Source: Vermamoeba vermiformis (Eukaryota). From it: a DNA stretch of 64,000 bases. The stretch covers positions 62,001 through 126,000 of the forward strand of contig JBEWZL010000239.1 of NCBI GenBank assembly GCA_045837725.1, written 5' to 3'. The stretch's first letter is position 1, and the number at the start of each line of letters is the position of its first letter. The position numbers and the translations under genes are program-made. Shown piece by piece: positions 51,522-64,000 of this stretch. The notes under the pieces were generated by a model. That model did no database searches. It saw only the letters and a program-made list of their open reading frames with translations, and had not been told where the DNA came from.

Positions 51522-54500
51522 TTACACAAATTGCTGATCCCAATCTGCATTATTCTTCGGCTGATTAAGGTCGCCAATACCCCAATCTAGACTGACGTCC
51601 GCTGCCCAGTCATCTACCGCGGCGTCATTGTTATTTTCTTCATTAAAATTCTGATTCTCGTCTTCTCCAGAAGGTGGACTTTTAGCTCTTTTTACGGGTC
51701 TAGTATCCGGATTGAGCGGATCTGTGTCCTCGAGCTTTCTCTTCCTCAACAGTGTGCTTCCGTTGTGATTGTTGTTGCTAGCGTCTGACGTATAGGTGGG
51801 TGGAATCATGCTTCCAGAAAAGTCGCTTGGCAGCTCTTCTTTAATTTGAATAACGTTTGATCCATTATTGTTATTGTTGTTCGGATCTTTCTTGCGCAGT
51901 TGATCCCACTTGGAGTACTGGGAATCAAACAGATCCTCTGACACCGCTGACTGTCCCGTCAAACCGGTCAATTCTCTTCCTTCATCTTCCGCGTGTTGTT
52001 GTTGATCAGCCCTAATATCATAATCACGCGGTTGAGGTGCGTCATCATTGTCGATATCAATCGGTGTATTGTCTCGAATGAGGTGCTGTAGGCCCAAGTG
52101 TCGCAGTACGAGTACTTCTTGCTCCAGATCTGTCACGCAAAATAAGTTAATTATCGCTTCTCAAATAGAGTTATGTGTGCTTACATAGAGTGTCGGGGTC
52201 TTCAGCAGGGTACGATCGAAGAGCAGAATTGACGCCCAACATGGCTGAAGTCTGCATCGATGATTCGACTACTAACACGGCACAAACTGCGTCTTGAAGT
52301 GTCACTTGCGTGCGGAACATCAACTTGGCATGCGCTATAATGGGTGTTGCTATAGTGAACATATTGATGTGATGTTAAGACGTACCTTGCGCGAGTCGGA
52401 TCATGCTTTCCAACAGACGCAATGTCGTTCTGGCTGCATTGCGCTGATCAGTGGCACGTTGTTTTCTGTAGTACATTTGCAGCACTTCTTGGCTCTCGCT
52501 GGTCATGTCTGGCGAGAAGGCTGCTTTGATGTAACTGAAGTAGACCTGGAGTTTATCCAGCGGCCACAACGGTTTGTTCACCAGATCTGGCTTAACATCT
52601 GTTTTGTGCTAAAGAAGAATTATTCATATGCCACATTATAGATATTGTGATCTACTTACGCCACGCAAAATGAAGTCACAAACATTTCTGTCCCAGTCTT
52701 TGTTCTGCTCGTCCAACAAAAGAATTACCAAATCAAAACGAGACAACAACGGCGTTGCCATGGCCACGTTCACTGAAAGACGTAATGTAAGGTTAAGGCT
52801 AATAACATAATAATAGGGCTTATAAAAGTATCGTTATGAGAGTTCGAAAAAGGATATTTTCATCAGTGTCGAATTTTCCCTTGGGATTCATTGCTGAAAT
52901 GATCGAGCACCGTGAGCGGAGTTTGCACACGAGACCAGCCTTAGCGACGCTAATAGTCTGCTGTTCCATAGCCTCGTGAATGGCGGCCTTGTCGTGTTCT
53001 TGAATGGTGCCGAACTCATCGATGCAACATATGCCACCGTCAGCGAGGACAAGTGCACCGGCTTCGAGGACCCACTCGCCACCCTTGTCTTTGACAGCTG
53101 TCACTGTCAGACCTGCACTCGTTGTACCCGCACCGGTCGTCAACACTGATCGCGTTGCCACCTTCGATGCAGTGCGCAGTAATTGAGACTAGAGGGTCCT
53201 TTAGTATAAGTGTTATATAGGTCTCAAGTACGTACCTTTCCCGTGCCTGCATCGCCGACCAATAACACGTGTGCTTCGCCACGCAAAGTTGTTCCTCGTG
53301 CGTCAACACGTGCTACTCCGCCGGCCAAGGCTAACGCCACGGCTGTTTTAGCCACATGAAGTCCTGCTAGTTCTGGACAGAGTGCCGAGATGATCATGTC
53401 ACGTGCTAGTAAAAGTACGGGCGATTAATACCAACGCTGGAATGGTGCTTGAAAGTACATACCTCGCAAAGGCGCGTGGCGGTTTTTCTTCCAAAACTCT
53501 TCAAATTCACGGCGCAAATCTTCATTGATGTTCGAGGCTTTTTGTTCGTTGTTCACGCGAATGTGATTGGCCAGCAAGATCATCTCCAGATCGCATCGTT
53601 CGTCTTCAGCCATTGGTCGCCAGCGTCGCGAGACTATGCCAGCAATAGTGACGTCATCACCTGCTTTGCAAAAATCAACCAGGTCGTCCATTAATATCAC
53701 ATTGATCGAGCGAGGAATGGCGCCAACACCGAGCTGATGCACTTGTTCTTGAATTTTAATCTCTTGGTAATCTTTGCACTCGACTTGATCGCCTTCAATA
53801 ATTAAAAATTTGTGGTTGTTGCACGGCGGTGTAATTGGGTTCAAACATTGTGTTGGGATCGGAAACGGATTTACAGATTCGATGTCGGCTTCTTGTTCCC
53901 ATACAAATTTGCATCTAGTGCATTGATATGATTTCTTCCACTATACATACGTTAAGTATTAGTATTTACAATAATAATGTTAGATTCCAATTTGAACTGC
54001 AAATAACGGTACCTCTAACATTTTTGCCAGTCCAGTTCTAATGACAGTGCCTCGTACAGCTAATAAATTTCCAATGTCACTTGATTTGGGCAGCACACCT
54101 AATATGGCAATAAAGTATTAATGCTTATTTGCGGCAATGTGCCGGATCTGGTATTAAATTTTTACCTTTCGTTGTTTCAGCGTTCAACGGCAAATTGCTG
54201 ATTCTAACGTGTACTTTAGCTTTAGGGCTCATTTGTTCTGTGAGTGGGTGATGTTTCTTGACGTCTGCTTGGAAGGCCCAGATCGCGTCATCGAATAAGC
54301 GCAACATCCGTTTCGGATATGAAATCAGCATTGATCCAAGTATCATATTTTCTTGTACCAAATTTAGAAAGCTAAAAATATGATTAATGAGGCGGTGGTC
54401 ATATTTTCGCGCCAATTGCAAATTAATTTTTAGAAGAAATGTAAAAAATATTACAAATAATTAATTAAATTATAATAAGGGTAAAACACAATGACTTACT

Positions 54501-54639
54501 TCACAGGGATGCCGTAAAAAAGTCCTTCGTCTTTATCCAACATCATTTCGTAGATCGGTTCGGCGACATGATCTACAATGAAATTCTTCAGATTACGAAG
54601 CACCCATTCATCCGAATATTCATGCTCCTGTCCGCTCAT
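51522..54639 (-). CDS. MCM9: DNA helicase MCM9 (multi-exon, one AT-AC intron)
   Basis: [12 protein letters not shown]...[94 protein letters not shown] and [18 protein letters not shown], all MCM9-type. Confidence 0.92.
52782..52857 (-). other. U12-type (minor spliceosome) AT-AC intron, 76 nt
   Basis: Minus strand reads GAA A|ATATCCTTTTT...AGCCTTAACCTTACATTAC|GT CTT TCA. It has the U12 donor, a CCTTAAC branch site ending 10 nt from the 3' end, and an AC terminus. Removal restores [24 protein letters not shown]. Confidence 0.92.
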
Positions 54640-54771
54640 GTTAGGCCGTTGTGATCACTTGGAAATGAACGTCAAAAAAAGCAACGAGACAAATTCTCCG
54701 GTTTTTGGTTCGCTTATCGTTTATCTTGGCAGATCCTTCGAAACACCACAAAAAACTGCGTATTGTAAATA

Positions 54772-57700
54772 ATGTATAGGTGGTGTAAGAAGGTGCATGC
54801 CGTCTTGCATGCTTCTAAAAGGGGAGTTGCTCGATCGTCAAATCCACCCATCTTTTCTCAATCAAATACAACTGTAACTAGCAGTGTCAGTAGTACAGCT
54901 GAATTTTATCGAAGTTTTGCACGGAAAGGTATGCATGAAATTAGTGATTTCAGCCGGATCTGCAAGCAGAATAATAATGAAATATTATTTAAAAATTGAT
55001 TTCAACGCCCAAATGGTCAATTTAATGTAAATTCAATATTTTTATTACATATAAATACGACACAAAATTTAATAACGATTATTTGGCTGGATCTCTAACG
55101 TGTCATAATCTTCAGCCAAATCCGATACCAAAGAGAAAGATACACGCCCTCATACACTATTGATCGATGGAACGCCCATTATATACAGAGCCTATTATAG
55201 CACTCCACCACTCACAGCTGGCGAGGACAATATGTCCGTCAATGCCGTGTTCGGTTACACGCGGATGTTGTTGAAATACGTGCGCGAGTTCAAGTGCGAT
55301 TATATAGGTACGTAACCATAATATGCATTAATAGCGTAATGTTAGTTATACTAATGATATTACAGGTGTTTGTTTGGATACTGGAAAATCGTTCAGAAAA
55401 GATCTTCAAAAAGATTACAAAGCCACGCGAAAGCCAGTACCTGACGTATGATTGAAATGATGTTTATTAATACTAGTATATAATAATAACATGTGTTCTT
55501 CATAGGATTTGAAGCAGCAGTTTCCCTTGGTAATTGAGGCAACAAAGGTAAGTTCACGTACGAAATTCTGCGAATGCGGCAAAAATCTCGCGTCACTGTT
55601 TTTAGCACTTCCATAAATAGAAAAACACAAAACACGTGATTTTACCAAAGATAGAAAGCATAAAGTTGATAAAGGAACTGACCAATGGCGTGCATTTTAA
55701 AGGATAAAATTGACGCAATCCCAAGAAAACAACAAAATTGAAAAAACCTTGTTTGTTGGTTTTTTCATTCAATCTTAATTTATCTTCAAGTCGAGGACCT
55801 TGGGCAAGACACTTTACATTGTGCTGACATTAATTGACCCAATTCTTTTTTCAGGCGTTGAATTTGCCGTGTTTAACCAAGCCAGGATTTGAAGCCGATG
55901 ATCTCATCGCAACTTACGCACGAATTGCGGCTGAAAAGGGTCATAGAGTGACGATCGTGTCCGGCGACAAAGATTTGCTGCAATTGGTCAACAGCAATGT
56001 ACGCGTGTACAATCCTTCGACCGATCAGGCCATTGGTACGAACTAGTGATTTATTATAACAATGTCTTAATATCTAACGTATTATTCTCTAGACGAAAAC
56101 TGGGTCAAAACGAAGTACGGCATAATGCCCGAACAATTTATTCATTTGCAAGCCTTGACTGGCGATAAGAGCGACAACGGTACGTCTATATAACAATATT
56201 AGTATGGTGCTTATTGTTAATATATATGTGTCTTATTAGTACCTGGCGTTATGGGTCTGAGTGATAAAGTCGCGACTGAATTGATTCAATCGTACGGCAC
56301 TATCGACAATTTATTGGAGAACATCGAACACGTCGAGCCCGTGAGAATACGCGACAAGTACGTAACATTAAATGAAGTTATGTTCTATTGCTCGTGCTAA
56401 CAGAAACTAGGCTGAAAATCGCCAAGGATCAAATAGTCAAAGCGTTCCAAGTGGTCAAATTGGTTGAGGACGTCGAAGTGCCACCATTCGAGGCCTTGGC
56501 TTACAAGCCACCAATCAGAGAGCAGGTATGAATCGATCGAAATATCACGCTAGAGCTCGTTCTGACATTTGATTATTTTGTTACAGGCACTGCCGTTCTT
56601 TGAGAAATATCGATTTGCCTCGATTATCAAAGCACTCGAGAACAACGTGTTTTCCACCAATGCTCTGCCCAAGGCCTACGAGCCACCAACTGAAGGCGTG
56701 GCTGAAGTCAAAGAGACAAAGACACCACGTGTTAAGGCTGTCAAGACCGAGACAAATGTCACTAAAGCAACGCCAACAACGACTGTTGAGACCGCGCAGA
56801 CTCAGAGCTACACAACCACAGCACCTCAAGTGTCACAGCCAGAAGCACCGGTCCAAGCTGAAGCTGAAAAGAAAGTGTCGCGCATCAAAACAAAAAAAGT
56901 CAGTCCCACCGAGCCACCATCAGATTTGTTGAACTTGCCGATCGATCAAGCGGTCAAAGAAAGCGAGGCATTGACTGAAGTGGCAAGTTCATCGATTATC
57001 AAGCGAGCACCGTTGATTAAAAAGCGAAAGACACCACTGGTCAAAACAAAAGCCACGACAGCAGCTCCTGGCGACACTTTTGTCGAGCCTGTTGACGCTG
57101 ATACTGACGCCGAGTCACGATCTGTCATTGAACTCTTGAACACAGAAGGACTCGATGAGTTGAACGACGATGGCGAGCCTGTCGTTTACGACGATGAGAT
57201 TTACACGCCAAAGCCGAAAGTCTGGAACAAATCACCCAAGAAAGGTGGTCCTCCCATCAAACTTGAAGGCGTGTCAGCTGTCATGATGGAGCCCAACGCA
57301 AAGATCACAACGCTCACCAAGACAGTTGAAATCGACCCTAATGTCGTGATTACAATTGACGAGAACACTAGCCCGCAAGTACTGCGAGAGACGATTGAAA
57401 AGAAGATGAAGGGCGTGACTGTTGTGAACGACAAAGAGTCCACGGAGCGCGTCTTGAAGATCATTTTGGCCCACAAAGACAGGTACTTTGCGTGCGATAC
57501 TGAAGCCGTGGACATTGAGCTCAAAGAAGAGGGTCCTGTCGGGCACGGCAAAGTGATTTGTTTTTCAGTCTATTGCGGCGAAGACGTTAATTTTGGCAAC
57601 GGACCTCGACTATGGGTCGATAACTTGGGTCACGCAGAAGGAGTCATTGAGTACTTCAAAAAGGACTTCTTTGAAAATCCTGGTAAGTTTGCATTAACAG

Positions 57701-60016
57701 ACAACAGACACGAAATCACCGGATCTAACAGGTTTTTTTCTCAGAAATTAAGAAAGTATGGCATAACTACGGCTTCGATAGGCACATGATTCATAATCAC
57801 GGCATTGATGTCTTAGGGTAAGTTCACCTACCTTTTTTTATTGTCGATTGATGGATCTAATGTCCGTGCAGATTCGGAGGTGATACCATGCACATGGGTC
57901 GATTGTGGAATGCATCGCGAAGAGGCACGCAAGGATATTCGTTGGAAAGTCTCACGCATGATTTGCTCGTGGGCAGATCCGGCAAGAAAGGCATGAAAGA
58001 ACGATTTGGCCGAAGAAAGGTTAAGAAAGATGGATCACTTGGCAGAGATGTTATTGTGCCTAACCTCGCTGAACTTCAACGAGATCCGCTTTGGATCTGC
58101 GACTGGATCGATTATTCGACCTACGATACTGAAGGGTAAGTTGAACGTTATTATCACGATTATTTATTAATGTACGTTAGAACGTTCTTCTTGCGCGAGG
58201 TACTAGAAAACAACTTGAGACAAATGCCGTGGCAAGAAGACAAGAACACAACAATGTGGGACTATTATCAACAGCTCTGGGTACCTTTCGGCGAGTTGTT
58301 GACGGACATTGAGCGCACGGGCATTAAAGTCGATTTGAATCATTTGCGCGAAGTAGAACCGATCGCTATTAAAGACAAGTTAGACAGAGTAAGTTCCTTT
58401 GATATTTTTTTTGCACGTGGATTAATGCTCTTGCCTTTTTAGGAAAAGAAGTTCATCGAGTGGGCGCAAAAATACTGTCCAGACGCCAAGTACATGAACC
58501 CCAACAGTGACGCACAAAAGCAGCAGTTGTTCTTTGCTCCCTGTCAGAACGTCAAGACGCACGAAGACATGCCTCATGAACGAGAATTCGAAGCTGAGAA
58601 TACCGAAGGATACATTGAACCTGGCAAGAAGGCAGCAAAGAAGAAGCGACCATTCGTTATCACAGGTTTTGGCTTGACGTTTGATGAAACTACTCCTGCT
58701 GGCTGGCCTTCAGTCGGCGGTCACATTTTGAAAAAGTTAGCGGGAAATCCACCTGACTTTTATGGTGACGCTAAAGATCAATTTGACGAGCGAGGAATGA
58801 ACGGCGAGGAGGTAAGTGTCACGGTGAATATACGAGGATTAATGACTAATAATTGAATAGGCTTGCGAGGCTATTGCTTCATTGGTTGAGTCCACGTCAA
58901 TTGAAACCATTTTGAACAACTTTATTCAGCCGTTGCAACAATTGCCCGACGCGAACGGAAGAATTCACGCGTCACTCAATTTGAACACTGAAACTGGTCG
59001 ATTATCGTGCCGAAGACCTAACTTGCAGAACCAACCTGCACACGAGAAAGATCGTTACAAGATTCGAAAAGCATTCACGTGCGAGCCTGGCAATGTCCTA
59101 GTTGTGGCTGATTATGGTCAGTTGGAGTTGCGCCTATTGGCTCACATCACTGGCTGCAAGAGTATGCTTGACGCCTTCAGGTACGTCATCACATTAATAG
59201 TGGTATCGTAGCTAATGAATGTATTAGACAAGGAGGTGATTTCCACAGTCGAACAGCTATGGGCATGTACACTGAAATCAGTGACGCGGTGCAAAGCGGT
59301 AAAGTGTTGCTGGAATGGGACAAATCAAAGGGCAAGGCTCCTGCACCCTTGTTGAAGGTACATTGCCGTTAATAATCATATCACAACGAGTACTAATAAG
59401 CGTTATGTAGGATGTTTATGCTGGTGAAAGAAGAAAGGCCAAAACATTGAACTTTTCAATCGCGTACGGCAAGACAGTTCACGGTCTGGCCAAGGATTGG
59501 AATGTCACGCACGAAGAGGCACAGAACACCTTGAACAGGTACTGCCACTCTCATAATAATCCATATCATGTATAGTCTAACTGTGCATATAGATGGTACG
59601 CTGATCGTCCTGAAGTGCGTGAGTGGCAAGACAAAACCATTCGTGCCGCACACCGCACAGGGTACACGCGAACATTGTTAGGCCGCTACAGACCTCTGCC
59701 TGAGATCCTCTCGCGCAACAAGCGATTTGTGCGTCATGCTGAACGAGCTGCAATCAATACGCCCTTGCAAGGTGGTGCTGCGGACATTGTCGTGGCTGCC
59801 ATGGTTAAGTTGCACTCGCATCCGCGACTAAAGGAAATAGGCTTCAAACAAATATTGCAAATTCACGATGAATTGATATTAGAGGGTCCTGAAGAGCACG
59901 CGAAAGAGGCTTTGAAGATCGTAGTGGATGTGATGAGCAATCCTTTAGACGAGCCTTTGTTAGTTGATTTAGTGGTCGACGCTAAAGTTGCTAAGACTTG
60001 GTACGAAGCTAAATAA
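54772..60016 (+). CDS. POP: Family A organellar DNA polymerase (POP type): targeting peptide, 5'-3' exonuclease, linker, 3'-5' exonuclease, polymerase
   Basis: Basic/Ser-rich N-terminus. 5' nuclease LLIDGTPIIYRAYY, GFEADDLIAT, IVSGDKDLLQL, LTGDKSDN|VPGV. POP-type ACDTEA...VGHGKVICFSVYCG...WVDNL and DWIDYSTYD. Polymerase TETGRLSCRRPNLQN, ADYGQLELRLLAH, RRKAKTLNFSIAYG and LQIHDEL. Confidence 0.92.
55581..55821 (+). repeat. 241-bp direct repeat, copy B, inside POP intron 55548-55854
   Basis: Near-identical to 49141-49381. It sits between the GTAAGT donor and the CTGAC branch point/polypyrimidine tract/AG acceptor. Confidence 0.95.
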
Positions 60017-60258
60017 AGCGAAATAAACATGTAAATTTGAAAGATTTTCGGATCTCGATCTGATTTTTTTCTACTTCGATTTCAAGAGCTCGGTAGCAAA
60101 AAGAATCATTATAATATAACTGTCTTACTGTCGTGCACGCGTTTTTTTGTCAAAAAGCCGGAAATTTCTTCTGGCGCTTGTGCGATCTTCCAGAACAAAA
60201 CCAGAACAGACATTTTTGTGTTTTTTGTCGCATCTGTAACACATGACAAGCCATAAGC

Positions 60259-62427
60259 ATGGAACCTACTATCGAATATGATTTATCCTCCCCGTTCAAC
60301 CCGAACGGGGCTTGCGATTATTGTCACAAAAGGAAGATGCGTTGCGATAAGACCAAGCCTCAATGCAACGAATGTGTCAAGCGCAATATTAAATGTAATT
60401 ATGGCTTACGATTAAAAAGAGGACCGAAAATGAAGCGACAATTGAAGTCTTCTGTCAAAGTTGAGACCTCGAAAGAAGAGCCAGATCAAGTTTTGGAAAA
60501 TATTCAAAATAAGCAAAATTCAAGTCCTCAGCTCGACACCATGCAATTTGAAGTACACTTTAACAAAAAAATGGCAGAATTATGGCAGAGCTTGTGCCCA
60601 CCAGAGGGAACTAATCCAGCCGTGACAGATTTCGCTCGTAAAATCCGGCCGGAGTTTGATCTAATTACAGAAGGATTTATACGGTCACCAACGGCGATTA
60701 ATTCACTTATGGATGATTTTCAGTCAACGTACAAAGTTATGTTCAACTTAAACAATTTTGCATCGAATATTGATGTTGCAACGAAGATCTGGCACGCGAT
60801 AATAGAGATCAACTTTGCGGACTTACTTACTGCGTTAAACACATTCGAGACACCACTGTTAGTGACAATATTAGAGTATTTAGTCGCATTCACATTATGT
60901 AAGTGCTCAATTTTTCCTTTTTTCCGTAACGTTACCGATCGGATCCTAAATTGCTAATTTTAACCAGGTCTCAAACTTAACAACTACGAGGACATATCAT
61001 CGTATATATCATCCTTAATACACCAAGTCATCAATGTTATTATATATATGCGCGATTTTACGAACGATTGCTTGCGATCTTCGCCCTTGACAGTCCAATT
61101 TATTCTGTGCGTGACCTTGATGGCCGGATATTTTAAAATGTGCAAAGATGGAGGCGCTTTGCAAGCTAATGTTAGACTAGCATATGATTTATATGATCAA
61201 TATCGAAATACTCCGCACGTAAACAAAGAGCTAGAAGCAAGGTAAATTCAAAATAATGATTCAATTCTTAGAATTTATCTTAATATGAACGTATTTAACG
61301 AAACATTAGTGATTTTGTGGCTTATTTAACTCACCTGGCACATGTTCTTAATTTAAAACTTTTGGCACCGCGGCTGAGTCACATTTCATGAACGAACACT
61401 AATAATAATATTATTATTATAGGCTCTGTTGTCGTATGATTATGACGAGTAAGACCGCCGAACTACGCAATTATTGGCTGAATCGAATAGATCAGCTCGG
61501 TTTCGAAGTACGTCATTGTGATTCACTCGCGTTAGCGCATTTGTTAAATTTATCCTTATTTATATTTATATACTCATACTAATATTATACTACGCAGAAA
61601 TCAGCGAATTTGCATTACCATATCAATCTGCATTTAACAACGCAAGCCTTGTACACGCACAAAGAAATGACGTACGGATCCAGCATTCAAAAATCATTTC
61701 ATGAAATTTACATATATTTTTTATTCAATAGCGTCGCCGAGAAAGATATTCAAAGAGCGGAGTATTACGTGGTGCGGTATTTGGAGTCAGTACCCGAGGA
61801 CAAACGAACACATATGGCCGGTTATTACGACTGCTATTTGAGCGTGTTGCACTCGGAAGTTGCGCTGCGTGCTGGGGACGGTGAATTGGCGCGCAGGAAG
61901 ATAGGTCATGTTTTTGAGACTTTTCCGAAACTTTCACCGGCCTTTAGAAACTTGTTCTTATACAACGCTGATGTAAGTCACACTAGAGCTCAAAATACCT
62001 CAAAAATATAGTTAATCAACCAATGCTAATCGTGTGTTATTAGTTTATAATGTACAGACTGTTGGGCATGACAAATGCAGCGTTGACGAGGGAGTATGTG
62101 GAGCTATTGAAGCCCAACACCTCGATGTACAGACAGCCCAGCAGTATCACTAATGTAGCGTACCCGTTGGCCTATGACAATGAAGAAGTGGTCGACAGCG
62201 ATGAGAATAATAGCAACTATAACAGCTGTGACAATAGTTCACTCCATTCACCGCTGGATGTGCACTCGAGTTCAAGCGAAGAATTGCCAGTAGTTTCCTA
62301 TAATGCGGCGTATATTGATAATCCAGTGAACCATTACTTCCAAGTAGCAGCACAATATTACGCATCGTTCTATAATAATAATGGCCCGCAAACATTAAAC
62401 AACAACAACATCCGGATGTACAATTAA
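60259..62427 (+). CDS. Zn(II)2Cys6 binuclear-cluster transcription factor, tandem copy 1 (multi-exon)
   Basis: ACDYCHKRKMRCDKTKPQCNECVKRNIKCNY (C-x2-C-x6-C-x5-C-x2-C-x6-C) followed by KRGPK, a helical middle region and an Asn/Ser-rich tail. Confidence 0.88.
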
Positions 62428-62680
62428 CAATTTTGTAAAATATACCAGCGTGTAAATAATAATAAACCGTGTAGATAAATGAATACCTAAACATCGAGTA
62501 TACAATACAATGCGTTATGGTTCTAGAACCTTTGCTAGCGTTTATTTTCTTGTGTATGACAAAAAATCGGCAAAATTTGAAATTTCACGACCTCGGCGAA
62601 ATAGATCTGTTCCGTTGCGAACTCCAACTTGCACGAGCATGATTCAACAATGAATAGAAATCACCGGAAAGACAAAGAAG

Positions 62681-64000
62681 ATGGCCTCCACTGAAACCGA
62701 GTACGATTTGAACTCGCCGTTCTATGTAAACGGTGCGTGCGATCACTGTCATAAACGAAAGATCCGATGCGACAAAGCAAAACCGCATTGCTCCCAGTGT
62801 AAAAAGCGAGGAGTAGAGTGCAATTACGGATTAAGATTAAAACGAGGCCCGAAAATCAGAAAGCCACGAGGAGAAAAGGGTGATCTGAAAAATACTCAAA
62901 AATCAAATACTCTCGTCCACGCACTTCTATTTGAAATTGAATTCAACAAAAAAATCGCAGAATTATGGAAGAGAACATGTCTACAAGAAGGCAGCGATAC
63001 AAGCTTCCGAGATTTTTCAAAGCGCATCAGCCCAAAGTTCTCAGCTTTAACCGAGGAATTTATTCGTTCACCAACGGTAGTCAGCACTCTAATGGATGAC
63101 TTTGACTCTGTATATAGAGTTTTCTATTCAGCGACCGATTTTGCTTCAAACGTCGATTTTGCAACGAAGATCTTTCAAGCGATAATTGACATTCCACTCA
63201 ACGACTTTCAAACTATGCTTAATACATTCGAGACATCACTGTTACTTTCAATGTTAGAATATTTCATCTTATTTTTGTTATGTAAGCTTTCTAAAATCCC
63301 GCTTATTTTTTTTATCGCTGAATCTAACTTTCTTCAAAATTTATCAGGTCTTAAACTCGCTCATTATGACGATATTGCCACGCATATTTCCGCACTAGTA
63401 TTCCACACGATTAACACAATAGTCTACGCAAGAGACATCACAACTACTTGCTTAGCCTCGTCTCACTTGACGTTACAATTTCTCGCTGCATTAGTAATGA
63501 TGACGGGCTATTTTAAAATGTCCAAATCAAAGTCAGGCATGCAGGCCAACTCCGAGCTTGCTTACGAATTATTTTGTCAGCATAAACAATTAACAGCGGT
63601 CAATCGCGATTTGGAAGTAAGGTAAATATTCATTATATTATTATGATTGAGCTATAGAACATACGAGAATGTTCGACTTTGGCTCCACGCGACGTGGGAT
63701 CTCCAAAAGTTCCGTTCACGGAACAACACGTCAATCGGAGAGATGTCCGATCGAATGTTCTATTACTATTCCCTATCGTGTCGCTAATATACATTACTAG
63801 GCTATGCATTCGAATGTTGATGAACAGCAAGTCGCTAGACAATCGAGACTATTTCTTGAAAAAGTTAAAGGAGCTCGATTACGAGGTACGCAGTGAGCTC
63901 AATTGTTTTATTATTACTTTGCTAACCTATTATTGCGAATAGCCGACTCCTAACCTCCAATATCAAGTCTCATATCATGTCTCCATTCAATCTTTGGAAA
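62681..64000 (+). CDS. Zn(II)2Cys6 transcription factor, tandem copy 2 (runs off the window)
   Basis: ACDHCHKRKIRCDKAKPHCSQCKKRGVECNYGLRLKRGPK. It is paralogous to copy 1 with matching intron positions. Confidence 0.88.

Noticed and set aside
1-60016. Apparent DNA-metabolism cluster (BRCA2, dUTPase, MCM9, POP)
   Set aside because: The genes are spread over 60 kb among unrelated genes; there is no evidence of functional clustering beyond the MCM9/POP pair.

Overview
Gene-dense eukaryotic nuclear DNA from an intron-rich protist. Short AT-rich GT-AG introns, Asn-rich tails, a POP-type organellar polymerase and Zn2Cys6 factors suggest an amoebozoan (inference). About 22 mostly spliced genes are present: BRCA2 (5' end outside the window), a small frameshifted orphan ORF, DTD1, a PKA-regulatory-subunit-like tandem cNMP-binding protein fused to a DH-PH RhoGEF, CAF1/CNOT7, a CH-CH/coiled-coil/GAR protein, a Crinkler-like REase+kinase gene, DUS4, dUTPase, Rab escort protein, a multi-pass membrane protein, a SAM-domain microprotein, an EH-domain protein, a giant PH/coiled-coil protein, two tandem F-box genes, a CRIB-STE20 kinase with a C-terminal TM helix, a disrupted RUN-domain gene, an R2R3 Myb, MCM9, POP DNA polymerase and two tandem Zn2Cys6 factors. 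Highlights: (1) the PKA-R/RhoGEF fusion, whose junction lies inside one exon; (2) a textbook U12-type AT-AC intron in MCM9; (3) a 241-bp segment upstream of Myb duplicated inside a POP intron; (4) a recurrent palindrome TGACACGTGTCA, mostly intronic; (5) atypical split-module BRC repeats in BRCA2. Exon boundaries were read by eye and family calls rest on motif recognition, not database searches. No rRNA, tRNA or CRISPR was recognised.
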